Position numbers and translations under genes: made by a program. A model generated the notes under the pieces. The model saw only the letters and a program-made list of their open reading frames with translations, made no database searches and was not told the origin of the DNA. Shown one piece after another: positions 11,526 to 23,810 of a stretch of 64,000 bases of DNA. Each line of letters opens with the position of its first letter. The stretch's first letter is position 1. The DNA is from Octopus sinensis (Eukaryota), in NCBI RefSeq assembly GCF_006345805.1, contig NC_043011.1:3534001-3598000 (forward strand), read 5' to 3'.

Positions 11526-13440
11526 CTGCAGAGTAACTCAATCAGCTCAACATTATAACAGAACTTTCAGTCTTATAATAGAACTGACGCAGTAAATATT
11601 CTACTAAAATGCTTCCCATGGACTAGACAGCAATAAAATCAGCCACATCCTAGAACTGATTCTATCTCAGTAGTACTTTAGTGCAGAGAGGCAAAGTAAT
11701 ATGTGCATAAAATGAATGGGTGACAATCACTTTACCTTGAGTATTGTAGTTCAATCAATAAATCTATCTACTCGCTAAATTACAGTATTTATTTAGGTAT
11801 GATGGACCCCTTTTTTCCATTTTTTGAAATGTAAAAATTAAGGACACACATTATACTGGAGAGCTAAATGGCACCCATTTGTCCCTGCATTAAGTGTATG
11901 GTTATATTTTGGATAGCAAAACTAGAATTAGTATATTTCTATTGTCCATGTTAAAACTGCTCTGTAATGTAAAGCCTAAAATTACTGCAAGAAAGATAAC
12001 AGCATATATGGTGTTATAGATAAGTCACAGTCTTTTTACTCAAGTAGAGGCTGTTGCAAACTATAGGGTGTTGAAGGAAAATCTTCTATATTTTACACGG
12101 GCACCAGGGAAGTTAGGCACAGGTGGTACAGGTGATCATGGTGTCTTCAAGTATCTAATATTTTATTTTATTTTAGTTTTAGTTTTCATCATAGTTTCGA
12201 GTTTTGATGGATACACATTGTGTATTTACTGTTGAAATGTTCATCAAAAATGGTGACTCTGAGAGGTGTTTGCTTTGTCCTGTGCATGCAACTTAATTAT
12301 AAGACCTTAATTTGGGTTTGAAACTTGCAGAATATACTAAAATATATACATATACACAGATACACATATTCCCGTCTGCAAATGATTGAGTGTTGGCATT
12401 GTAAGCAAATATAGATTAATGACATATTTGAGGAAAATTTGATTTTGTAACAAAACAAAAGAACCTGTAATGATAAATTTGTAACATCACTCATATCTAT
12501 CTAAACTATTCACTTGCATGTGCACAGATTTGGTGATAGAAGTACTGGAAAAATGAATTGTATTTCAGGTGGCAAAAACAGACTAGAAACTAAACCATCA
12601 GCACTAACAGTAAAAGTTCAAGTTGTGAAGCTGGTCCTACATTGTGTGCTTTTATTTAGTATGCTGAAGAACATAAAAGCCATAGTGCAATGAGAGAGTG
12701 TAACGTGGAGGTAAAATTAGTGAGGGACTAAGGGAAACAAACGTAAACACTCTGGAAAAAAAAAAACAGATTGTCTCTTGTAATGGGAAATTGGGAAAAT
12801 ATTCATATACTTAGGCATGTGAACTATATGCAAACAAACTTGTATATAACTCTTATCGCTAACAGAGAGCTTACAACTTTCGATGGATAGCTTACAGTCT
12901 GCTATGGATGCGAGTTTCATGTTTCAGTTAGATGTCAAATATGGTTTGTGAAGAGAAATGAGCTAACATTAAGTCAGAAGACCAATAATGGAGCCTTTAT
13001 GCAAATATCATGATTATATTCTTAATAAAGTTCATTAAATTTTATTCATAAATGTTTATTTCATTCTAACACAGTTTCATGAATAAGTATTTGAACAGAA
13101 GAATTTGATTATAAAAATGTTTGAAAGAACAGCTGTGATTCTACATGTTTACCAATTAAAAGCAGAAAGGGTTTTTTCATAATGTTGAAAGGTCACAAAC
13201 CTGCTTCTGCCCTTTCTCTCTTATATTAACCTCTTAACACTTTGCATAAAACCATTACCTTCTCTATTGCTCTCGCTCTCTCAGTCATGGAGAATCTTTT
13301 GTTTTGCTAGTTATATGGTGGCCTCACTTATGTGATACCATGAAAAAAGCATCCAGTACACTTTATCAAGTGGTTGGCAATTATTACAAATCAAAGCACT
13401 TCATTTTCAAAATGTCAGATCATACTCTCTCTTTTTTTTA

Positions 13441-13852
13441 CTCTTTTACTCTTTTACTTGTTTCAGTCATTTGACTGCGGCCATGCTGGAGCACCGCCTT
13501 TAGTCGAGCAAATCGACACCGGGACTTATTCTTTTTGTAAGCCCAGTACTTATTCTATCAGTCTCTTTTTGCCGAACCACTAAGTGATGGGGATGTAAAC
13601 ACACCAGCATCGGTTGTCAAGCAATGCTAGGGGAACAAACACAGACACACAAACACACACACATACATATATATATATATACATATATACGACAGGCTTC
13701 TTTCAGTTTCCGTCTACCAAATCCACTCACAAGGCTTTGGTCGGCCCAAGGCTATAGTAGAAGACACTTGCCCAAGGTGCCACGCAGTGGGACTGAACCC
13801 GGAACCATGTGGTTGGTAAACAAGCTACTTACCACACAGCCACTCCTGTGCC
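13441..13852 (-). mobile_element. tRNA-derived SINE (family A)
   Basis: A box TGGCTGTGTGG, B box GGTTCAGTCCC, internal (TG/TA)n, (AGTAAAAG)n tail. Confidence 0.92.
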
Positions 13853-14699
13853 TTTAATTCATTTTATATCCATTTTTTTTTTCAGTATGTATGCATGTGT
13901 TTGAGTGTGTGCATGTGTGTATGTATAAACACAAACAACCCCTGCGCCGCCCCCACCACCACCACCACAGAATCATCAACCCTTTTTACTTCTCCTTTAT
14001 ATGCTGAGTAGATCTGGGTGAGTTGTCACTGTCAGTGACAGTTTGCATTTGTAGCTACTGCTCCCCTACATGGATCAGAAGGCCACATGTTGCTCATGCA
14101 TTCCCCTTTTGGCTTGCGTTCTATGGGTAGCTGCCTTTCTTATTACCAACCACTTTACAGGGTGTTTAGGGTACGGTTTATCAAAGTATCAACACAAATG
14201 AGACTGCCTCCTACCCTGTAAAACAAAAATTCCCTCAATACAGTATGCTATGTAATGTAAACAAGAGGCTGAATGACGGGTATAGATAATTAGAGAAGCT
14301 AGGATGCACATGTGAAGTGAATAAGATATAATGAAAGAGGATAGAAATAAAGAGGAGTAAAGAATTGGGATGGAAGAAGAAGAGGAAGGTTAACAATTAA
14401 GTTAATGATTGAGTGTATTGAGTTCAAGTGCGTGATAGGGTTTCGATTAGAAGTTAGTCAAGTGCCATTCCTTATTACATGACCCCCATTAGAGGAGAGC
14501 ATGTGAATGTTAGGGAAGTGTCAGGCTGCCAGGTCCAATGACATCGGTACACTGACAGCATGATACATGTGAGAGGAGTGATTAACTGTTAAGCAGAACA
14601 GCGAATAGAGAAAGTGAGTAATAGAGACACAGATAGAAAGATGAGAAACTATCAAGAGGTTTGGCAGTTGAAATATGTGGACTCAATTAGAACACAGAC

Positions 14700-15270
14700 T
14701 CTATTTAGTCCACCTTCCATCACTACCACTTTTAAAAGATTTGATTCAACATCCTTGCTCAGCTGGACAGATGTTCTCCAGTACAGCATGTTACCAATTA
14801 TCACAATCTCTTTCACCATTTCCTTCTATGAGGCTCAACATCCAGATATCAGACCTCACCACTTTCTGCGTTGTTTTTCATAGATCCCAAACTCTTTGAG
14901 CTCAGTCCCCTTTTTCATACTGCTGTCATCCATCATACTTATCACATACCCATACAAGGGCAGTATTCTTTCTTGTGTATTACATCAGAATCCTCTTACA
15001 AGCAATTTTTTTCTTCAGCTCTTCGAATTCATCTCATATGTACATCCTAGTTTTCCCAATTATCTCTCTATCTGCTGGTCACTCTCTTGGTCATGTTGCA
15101 CAGAATAGACGGACATTACATACCACATTGTAAGTGAGGACTCTTTTGTCTTATGGATTACTGACTTCATTTCTTTCTAAACTACACAAATTCTCTGCAT
15201 TCAAAGTTCACATCCCACCATCATGCAATCCATATACAAGCATTGGTAATAGCACTATGAATTTCTTCTC
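14700..15270 (-). mobile_element. RTE LINE 3' coding remnant
   Basis: Decayed homology to the 22347-22938 ORF (RR..WYGHV..M.DS-like region). Confidence 0.6.
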
Positions 15271-15271
15271 G

Positions 15272-15306
<35 letters not shown>

Positions 15307-15307
<1 letters not shown>

Positions 15308-15505
15308 GGAGTAAACACATAAATGTGAAACAAGGTGGAAAAAAGAGTACTCAAGTACCAGAGGTAGAGTAATATGCTTTATTTAAAAGCAGCAGAAATT
15401 CAACAAAAGTTGTTACTCAGAGTTTAAAACAAAACTGTCCGACGAACAGGAACGTGAAACTCCGAGTAACAGCTTTTGTTGAATTTCTGCTGCTTTTAAA
15501 TAAAG
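15307..15505 (+). mobile_element. Penelope-like terminal-repeat fragment with 49-bp inverted arms inside (TA)n
   Basis: 15377-15425 is the reverse complement of 15457-15505 with 2 mismatches; (TA)n on both sides; contains a hammerhead-like motif. Confidence 0.7.
15435..15472 (+). ncRNA. Minimal type I hammerhead ribozyme motif (core U4->C)
   Basis: CTGT-CCGACGA-AC(AGGAAC)GT-GAAA-CTCCGAG-TA-ACAG: stem I CUGU/ACAG, 2-bp stem II, near-palindromic stem III, GUA cleavage triplet. Confidence 0.6.
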
Positions 15506-15544
15506 TATATATATATATATATATTATATATATATATATATATA

Positions 15545-15775
15545 CCTTTTGTATTTTACTTGATTCAGTCATTAGACTGCGGCCATGCTGGGGCACCATC
15601 TTACAGAATTTTTGGTCAAATGAATCGACCCCCAGTACTTCTTTTTTTCTTTTAAACCTGGTACTAATTCTAACATTCTCTTTTGCTGAACCTTTAAGTT
15701 ATGGAGACGTAAACACACCAACATTGGTTATCAAATGGTGGTGACAGACAAACACAGACACACAAATACACATGC
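15545..15775 (-). mobile_element. SINE family A, 3' half
   Basis: Diverged CAGTCATT.GACTGCGGCCATGCTGG.GCACC tail region. Confidence 0.8.
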
Positions 15776-16276
15776 GCGCGCACACATACTCTCATGCCAC
15801 CATCATCATCATCATCCTCAATATATGAATGAATGTTGTGTATATGTATGTATACATAATATGTTTGTATCCATCAAACCCATGCAAGTGTGGGAAACAG
15901 AAGTGAAAATGATGATGCTGAAGGCATATGCATGTGTGTGTGTGTCTGCTTGTTGTATATGAGTGAGTGGTGTATGAGCTATGTTAAAGACATGACTTTG
16001 TTTGAGTTTAATCTTTTGGATTGTAAATTTCCTATGAATCTTTTTTAGTCTATTTTTTAAATTTTTGCTTAGAACAATTAAGCTTGTAAGTCCATTACTC
16101 CCATTAAAGTTTCAAGATCTTCTTGTTCTCATCATCAGAATAAAGTGTTCTTCACATAAGTGTGAATACAGAGCAAGCTTCATCGGGATATTGATAAAAT
16201 TGTCAACAACAATTTCAAAAAGCAGTGGTTAAGTTCCTGGAGATTTCATGATATATTTTCTATGTGTGATGTGTCT

Positions 16277-16692
16277 CTCTTTACTCTTTTACTCTTTTAC
16301 TTGTTTCAGTCATTTGACTGCGGCCATGCTGGAGCACCGCCTTTTAATCGAGCAACTCGACCCCGGGACTTATTCTTTTATAAACCCAGTACTTATTCTA
16401 TCGATCTCTTTTGCAGAACCACTAAGTAACGGGGACATAAACACACCAGCATCGGTTGTCAAGCAATGCTAGGGGGACAAACACAGACACACAAACATAC
16501 ACACGCATATATATATATATACATATATACGATGGGCTTCTTTCAGTTTCCGTCTACCAAATCCACTCACAAGGCTTTGGTCGGCCTGAGGCTATAGTAG
16601 AAGACACTTGCCCAAGGTGCCACGCAATGGGACTGAACCCGGAGCCATGTGGTTGGTAAGCAAGCTACTTACCACACAGCCACTCCTGCACC
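16277..16692 (-). mobile_element. SINE family A
   Basis: Full-length copy, same boxes and tail as 13441-13852. Confidence 0.92.
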
Positions 16693-17865
16693 TGTCTGTC
16701 TGTTAATTTATGCTTCTCTAAAGTTTCCATAGATATTCTCAGTTTTTGTTTTTATTGTAGAATTCCATATAAAATTGTAGTGCAGTCAACTGAGTTTTCC
16801 AAGCTAATTTTTTTTTACTGTACTCTATTATAATGAAGAGTGGGGACTTTTTGTTATAAATGCATGGTCAAGCAAAAAGCAAATTTCATATATTTATGTT
16901 TGATGTAGCAGGTTAAGTCATGAATTTTACAGGTTTCTCATTTACATTGAAATTTCCGTATTATGTTGGTTGTCTGAAATATATAGTATGGATTGCTAAT
17001 CTTTGGTTTTGTATTGATGAGCAGGTTTTTTTTTATTTCATTCTGGTGCTAGCTTAATACATTCTATGAGTTTGTGGTTAGCTGTGATTCATGTTATGCT
17101 TTTTTGGTTTTGTAAACATTTTAATGCCAAGTTCATCCATTCTGCAGACAGAGTGTTTTGGCTCTTGTAGCATGCAATATGTGCAGTGTCTTGTGATGGG
17201 GAATGTCTTAAAACATTAATGGACTAATGGATTGAGGAAAGCTATTATTCCAAACTAAACATAAAGGACTAATAAGGAAAAAAAAATGAAAAACACATAC
17301 ATGGTTATGTTTTTAATATAACATTAATTGAAAAAAAAAGGAACTGTTCCATGTTCAACAACACACACAAACACATCTGTACATGTGAGAATGCTATAAC
17401 TATTATCTAATAACAACCACTAAAATAGACAAGGGCATAGCAAAGTAGTCTCTTCTTTACAGTTTTTTTCTCTTTCATACTTTCATATTTTATTTGGGTG
17501 TTCCCCGTCTTTTATGCATCAAGCAAAAAAAAAAAAGATTTGTTTTTCATGTTTTGTGAGAAATATGTTTCCACTTTTTGTTTATATGGATTCTAACTTT
17601 CCATCTTTCCATAGGTCTCTGTAAGTGTGTCTATGTGTGTGTAAGTATGTGTGTTCCTGTGCAGATACACCACACACATAAACACGCACACACACACACA
17701 CACACAGGGAAATAGAAACAGAAAGAAGGATAAATATATACATATCCAGGACAATTCACACCATACTGAATATATAACAAACATATATGCAATATAATCA
17801 TATATATATATGTATATATATTATATGCATACATACATGTATATGTATATATGAATTTACATATA

Positions 17866-17897
<32 letters not shown>

Positions 17898-18095
17898 CAT
17901 ATATGTGTGTGTATGTATATGTGTAGGCATATATATGTATATGCATACATATACATGTGTATGCATGCACACTCACACACATACACACACAGTCTATTAT
18001 ATCTATATTATCATAATTGTCCTTTTAATAACTTTTTTACAATGGCACAGAGGATTTAAATGTGTATATGCATATATTTACTTTATATATATATT

Positions 18096-18304
18096 CTTTT
18101 ACTCTTTTACTTGTTTCAGTCATTTGACTGCGGCCATGCTGGAGCACCGCCTTTGGTCGAGCAACTCGACCCTGGGACTTATTCTTTTGTAAGCCCAGTA
18201 CTTATTCTATCGGTCTCTTTTGCCGAACCGCTAAGTGACGGGGACATGAACACACCAGCATCGGTTGTCAAGCAATGCTAGGGGGGACAAACACAGACAC
18301 ACAA

Positions 18305-18357
<53 letters not shown>

Positions 18358-18568
18358 TACGACAGGCTTCTTTCAGTTTCTGTCTACCAAATCCACTCAC
18401 AAGGCATTGGTTGGCCTGGGGCTATAGCAGAAGACACTTGCCCAAGATGCCACGCAGTGGGACTGAACCCGGAACCATGTGGTTCGTAAGCAAGCTACTT
18501 ACCACACAGCCACTCCTGCGCCTATTGGTTTGTAAGCAAGCTACTTACCACACAGCCACTCCTGCGCC
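18096..18568 (-). mobile_element. SINE family A with tandem duplication of its 5' ~45 bp
   Basis: GTAAGCAAGCTACTTACCACACAGCCACTCCTGCGCCTA occurs twice (~18486-18524 and ~18532-18570). Confidence 0.9.
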
Positions 18569-19355
18569 TAATATATATATATAATACATACACACCCACC
18601 CACATATACCACATATACATACATTTATATTATGTATATTATTTATATTACTGTTTGTCTTGTATGTGTGAGTGCATACGTAAGTATAAATACACACATA
18701 TTTCTCTCTATATATGTGTGTGTGTGTGTGTAATGTATGCATGTGTGTGGGTGTCTGTGTGCATGTGTGTACATCCATATGTCTACATTTACCAACACAG
18801 ATAATGACAAAAGAAAGAAAAGATGCAATATTAATATATCAATATTTGTATGCGCATGTTTATTTCACACAAACACACACATACAGACATACACACAATA
18901 TACATATACATATATATATATGCACACAAATACGTCGACACATTTACTCATACTTACAAACACACATATACATGCGCATATACACAGGCGTGTAAGAACA
19001 GAAATATAGAATCCATAGAAAGCCAATAGTTGAAATACATATTTTTCAGAAACATGAGAAATTATTTCTTCGGTTATAAAAGAAAAACAAATTCAATAAA
19101 ACAGAACATACCGGAATAACCTGGAAACAGAGAAATATAAGAGAATGACATAGACTTTCTTATCGTTTCTATACTTCTTGGAGAATTCATCATTATCATC
19201 AACATCATCATTGTTATTGTCCTTATTGTTATCGTTACCATCATTGTTATCATCGTTATTACAATCGCAAACATTTTCATACTTATTATTATCCTTCAGC
19301 ATCCACCCGGCACCACTAGTGTCGTCTTCATTGTCATTATTATCATTTTTTTTTT

Positions 19356-19739
19356 CTTTTACTTGTTTCAGTCATTTTTGACTGCAGCCATGCTGGAGCA
19401 CCGCCTTTAATCGAGCAACTCGACCCCGGGACTTGTTCTTTTGTAAGCCCAGTACTTATTCTATCGGTCTCTTTTGCCGAACTGCTAAGTAACGGGGACA
19501 TAAACACACCAGCATCGGTTGTCAAACAATGCTAGGGGGACAAACACACACATGCATATATATATATACATATATACGATGGGCTTCTTTCAGTTTCCGT
19601 CTACCAAATCCACTCACAAGGCATTGGTCGGCCCGGGGCTATAGCAGAAGACACTTGCTCAAGATGCCACGCAGTGGGACTGAACCCGGAACCATGTGGT
19701 TGGTTAGCAAGCTACTTACCACACAGCCACTCCTGCGCC
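19356..19739 (-). mobile_element. SINE family A
   Basis: Full-length copy. Confidence 0.92.
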
Positions 19740-20303
19740 TATTATTACCATTAACATATCCCCTGTCACGTTCATCATCATTTGTGTATTATCATTACCT
19801 TTATTCCCATCAACTTAGTGCCATCATTGCCATAATCACTATTATATTGTCATTCACATCATCATCATCATCATCATCATCTGCATCATTAGTTTATTGA
19901 TTAATTCCAATAAAGAATGGCAAGGGAGACAAAATGGAGACTTTGACAGTACAGCAACAACTAATAATTTTTAATCGTATTAGCAATACTCAGCAAAGTA
20001 ATAAAGCTACCATTACTTACCAAAAGTAAAACTAATTTGGAGATTTATCGTGTTTTAGTGAACTAACATTGGTTGTTAGGACAACTTAAAATGACAAGTA
20101 ATGAAATATCAAGGCACACTTTTGCAAGGAAAACAAACAGCAAAAGGAATTGAGTGATTTGGCAAGAGAGCAGTGATGCTCTGAAATAAAAAAAAAAAAA
20201 ACTAGTACTTCAGATGTAATCATACAAAAGACATGAAATAAATACCAGGCTAATTTATTAATATTATGCTTCAAACCAAAGTGACAATCTGGCAGAATTG
20301 TTA

Positions 20304-20683
20304 GGCATTAGAGTGGCTGTGTGGGAAGTAGCTTGCTTACCAACCACATGGTTCCAGGTTCAGTCCCACCGCAGGGCAACTTGGGCTAGTATCTTCTACT
20401 ATAACCTCGGGCTGACCAGAGCCTTGTGAGTGGATTTAGTAGATGAAAACTGAAAGAAGCCCATCGTATATATGTGTGTGTGTCTGTGTTTGTCCTCCCA
20501 ACATCACTTGACAACCGATGCTGGTGTGTTTACGTCCTGGTAACTTGGTGGTTTGGCAAAAGAGACTGAAAGAATAAGTAGTAGGCTTACAAAGAATAAG
20601 TCCTGTGGTCGATTTGCTTGACTAAAGGTGGTGCTCCAGCATGGCCACAGTCAAATGACTGAAACAAGTAAAAGAGTAAAGAG
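20304..20683 (+). mobile_element. SINE family A
   Basis: More diverged full-length copy. Confidence 0.9.
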
Positions 20684-21504
20684 TGTGCCAGGCAAAATGC
20701 TTAGTGGCATTTCATATGTCCTCATGTTTAGAGTTCAAATATTTGGTTTTCTATTCTATCTTTTCGTGACAAGAAAATAAACTCACAAATGCAAATCTCA
20801 TGTCCCCTGATTTGGTATAGAATAATGTTGGCTTCAACTGGTCGTACTGGGCCATCATAAAAAGCAGTGTCAGCTCAAACATCCAAATTTGTGTCCAGTC
20901 AGAATATATTAAAAAATTTCATTAAGAAAATGATATCAAGAGTCATCATCATTGTGTGTAAGTGTCAACTGTCCAACCCATGACAGCACGGAAAAAGAAC
21001 ATTAAATACTGGTGATGATGATAATGATATATATGTGTTTGTGGATGTGTAAGGGCCTCTGTATATATGGGTAATCATAGAATGTACACACCTGGATAAG
21101 GTATTCTGAGGGAAGCCAAGCATGGATACTAGTTTTCACACTGCTAATGTTGTTCAAGGGAAAGATTCTGACTTTAGGGGTGATAAACCTTCACCACTGT
21201 CTGATACCAAGTGTTGCTGTCAGAGTACAAAGGTCTGGACACACATCACGTTTGATACTCCGTCAGCTCTGTCAAACCATCACCTTGGTGGGACACCTTT
21301 GTAATTAATCCCAAGGGCATAAAAGGCAGAGTTAACATTAGCAGAACAGCAATGTTCTGAACTCAGAGCGCAAAGAGTCAAAACATTGCTATCAGCCATT
21401 CAATCCAACACTCTAACTCAGCCAATTTCCCTCATTTGTGTGTTTATGCACGTGTGTATGTATGTATATACTTATATACATGTATATATTTATACATATA
21501 TAGG

Positions 21505-21751
21505 TTGGCATGTTAAAAGCACCAACCGATCATGGCTGATGCCAGACTCCCCTGGCACCTGTGCCGGTGGCACGTAAAAAGCACCCACTACACTCACGGA
21601 GTGGCTTGTGTTAGGAAGGGCATCCAGCTGTAGAAACACTGCCAGATCAGACTGGAGCCTGGTGCAGCCCTGGCTTCCCAGACCCCGGTCGAACCATCCA
21701 ACCCATGCTAGCGCGGTAAAACGGATGTTAAACGATGATGATGATGATGAT
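21505..21751 (+). mobile_element. RTE 3'UTR-derived element ending in (GAT)n tail
   Basis: Ends GGATGTTAAAC(GAT)6. Confidence 0.88.
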
Positions 21752-21761
21752 ATATATATAT

Positions 21762-22937
21762 ATCATCATCATCATCATCATCGTTTAGCGTCCGTTTTCC
21801 ATGCTAGCATGGGTTGGACGGTTCAACTGGGGCCTGTGAAGCCAGAAGGCTTCATCAGGCCCAGTCAGATCTGGCAGTGTTTCTACGGCTGGATGCCCTT
21901 CCTAACGCCAACCACTCCGTGAGTGTAGTGGGTGCTTTTTACGTGCCACCGGCACAGGTGCCAGACAGAGCTGGCAAACGGCCACAAATGGGTGGTGCTT
22001 TTTATGTGCCACTGGCACGGGGGCCAGGCGAGGCTGGCAACGGACACGAACGGATGGTGCTTTTTACGTGCCACCGGCACGAGGCCAGTCGGGGCGGCGC
22101 TGGCAACGGTCGCGAACGGATGGTTCTCTTACATGCCACCGGCACTGGTAACACATCTGCAATTTCCATTGATCAATTTCGATTCTGATCCTCACTTACC
22201 TCAACAGGTCTTCACAAGTAGAGTTTTGTGTCCCAAGAAGGGAAGGTATGCATACGTAGGCTGGCTCCATCCCATGTAGAAGGCCACGGGTTATGGACTC
22301 ACTTGTCCTGCCGGGACTTCTCGCGCACAGCACACTTTCAGAGGTCTCAGTCTCTAGTCATTTCTTCAGTGAGACCTAAAGTTCGAAGGTCGTGCTTCAC
22401 CACCTCGTCCCAGGTTTTCCTGGGTCTGCCTCTTCTGCAGGTTCCCTCAACCGCTAGGGTGTGGCACTTTTTCACACAACTATCTTCATCCATTCTCGCC
22501 ACATGACCATACCAGTGCAAACGTCTCTCTTGCACACCACAACTGATGCTTCTTAGGTCCAGCTTTTCTCTCAAGGTACTTACACTCAGCCGAGTATGAG
22601 TACTGACATTACACATCCATCGGAGCATACTGGCTTCATTTCTTGCGAGCTTACACATATCCTCAGCAGTCACGGCCCATGTTTCACTGCCATGTAGCAT
22701 GGCTGTTCGTACACATGCATCATACAGTCTGCCTTTTACTCTGTGCGAGAGGCCTTTTGTCACCAGCAGAGGTAAGAGCTCTCTGAACTTTGCCCAAGCT
22801 ATTCTTACTCTAGCAGTTATACTTTCAGCACACACGCCCCCGCTGCTGACTTGGTCACCTAGGTAATGGAAACTATCAACTATTTCTAGTTTTTCTCCCT
22901 GGAATGTGACGGAAGTTGGTCTCAGAGCATTTTCAGT

Positions 22938-22938
<1 letters not shown>
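21762..22938 (-). mobile_element. 5'-truncated RTE LINE (open C-terminal ORF 22347-22938, 3'UTR, (GAT)n tail)
   Basis: VDSFHYLGD...AWAKFRELLP...LYDACVRTAMLHGSETW...RRLHWYGHVARM...GRPRKTW is the typical RTE RT C-terminus. Confidence 0.93.
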
Positions 22939-22977
<39 letters not shown>

Positions 22978-23184
22978 AAGAAGGGTAGTAATATTATTTA
23001 CTACCAGGTGCCCAGCACAAAAGACGAATTAGTCATAGGACAAAAATATTATTCATATAGAAAAATATTATTCATGTAGTTATACAATTAAGGGCTCCTA
23101 AATAAAGATGCCGAGTGCTGGGAACACAAAAAGGGGATGAATTTATCGAGAGTGAAAATCAAAAACGTTTACCGATAACTTTAA

Positions 23185-23262
23185 CAACTCGTACCGCGGT
23201 TTCTGCTTCTTTCTAGCAAAACACAGAATATGTTTGCTAAGGCCAGCTTCATCAGCGAGTTG
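23185..23262 (-). ncRNA. Type I hammerhead ribozyme motif, copy 1
   Basis: Minus: CAACTCG-CTGATGA-A..(extended stem II)..A-GAAA-CCGCGG-TA-CGAGTTG. Confidence 0.75.
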
Positions 23263-23632
23263 CCTGAATTTAATCGAGGTCTGCAGCGATGTGGGGCTAT
23301 ACGTTAAACCCGACTACTAGCAGATCTTAACTTTTCAAATCTCTGCGCAGACGCAAAATTTACGCGGGCATGCCGGGAAGAATTTTACGAATAAATTCAT
23401 CATGTAGTATGCGAATATAAACAAGAAGGGTAGTAATATTATTTACTACCAGGTGCCCAGCACAAAAGACGAATTAGTCATAAGACAAAAATATTATTCA
23501 TATAGAAAAATATTATTCATGTAGTTATACAATTAAGGGCTCCTAAATAAAGAGATTTGAAAAGTTAAGATCTGCTAGTAGTCGGGTTTAACGTATAGCC
23601 CCACATCGCTGCAGACCTCGATTAAATTCAGG

Positions 23633-23710
23633 CAACTCGCTGATGAAGCTGGCCTTAGCAAACATATTCTGTGTTTTGCTAGAAAGAAGCAGAAACCGCG
23701 GTACGAGTTG
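23633..23710 (+). ncRNA. Type I hammerhead ribozyme motif, copy 2 (inverted, identical)
   Basis: Stem I CAACUCG/CGAGUUG (7 bp), core CUGAUGA 23640-23646 and GAAA 23692-23695, palindromic CCGCGG stem III, GUA 23701-23703. Confidence 0.75.
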
Positions 23711-23810
23711 TTAAAGTTATCGGTAAACTTTTTTGATTTTCACTCTCGATAAATTCATCCCCTTTTTGTGTTCCCAGCACTCGGCATCTTTATTTAGGAG
23801 CCCTTAATTG

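Noticed and set aside
13624-13857. Recurrent ORFs such as MLGGQTQTHK.../MSSNARG.../LLFYLFQSFDCGHAGAPP
   Set aside because: Chance frames within SINE family A copies, not proteins
20021-20180. Strong minus-strand acceptor (T14-ATTTCAG) and GTAAGT donor
   Set aside because: All three frames contain stops between the two sites
21930-22145. CRISPR-like look: 25-nt partly palindromic repeat with 37-41-nt spacers
   Set aside because: Spacers are homologous to each other, the array lies in an RTE 3'UTR with many dispersed copies, there are no cas genes and the context is eukaryotic; it is a minisatellite
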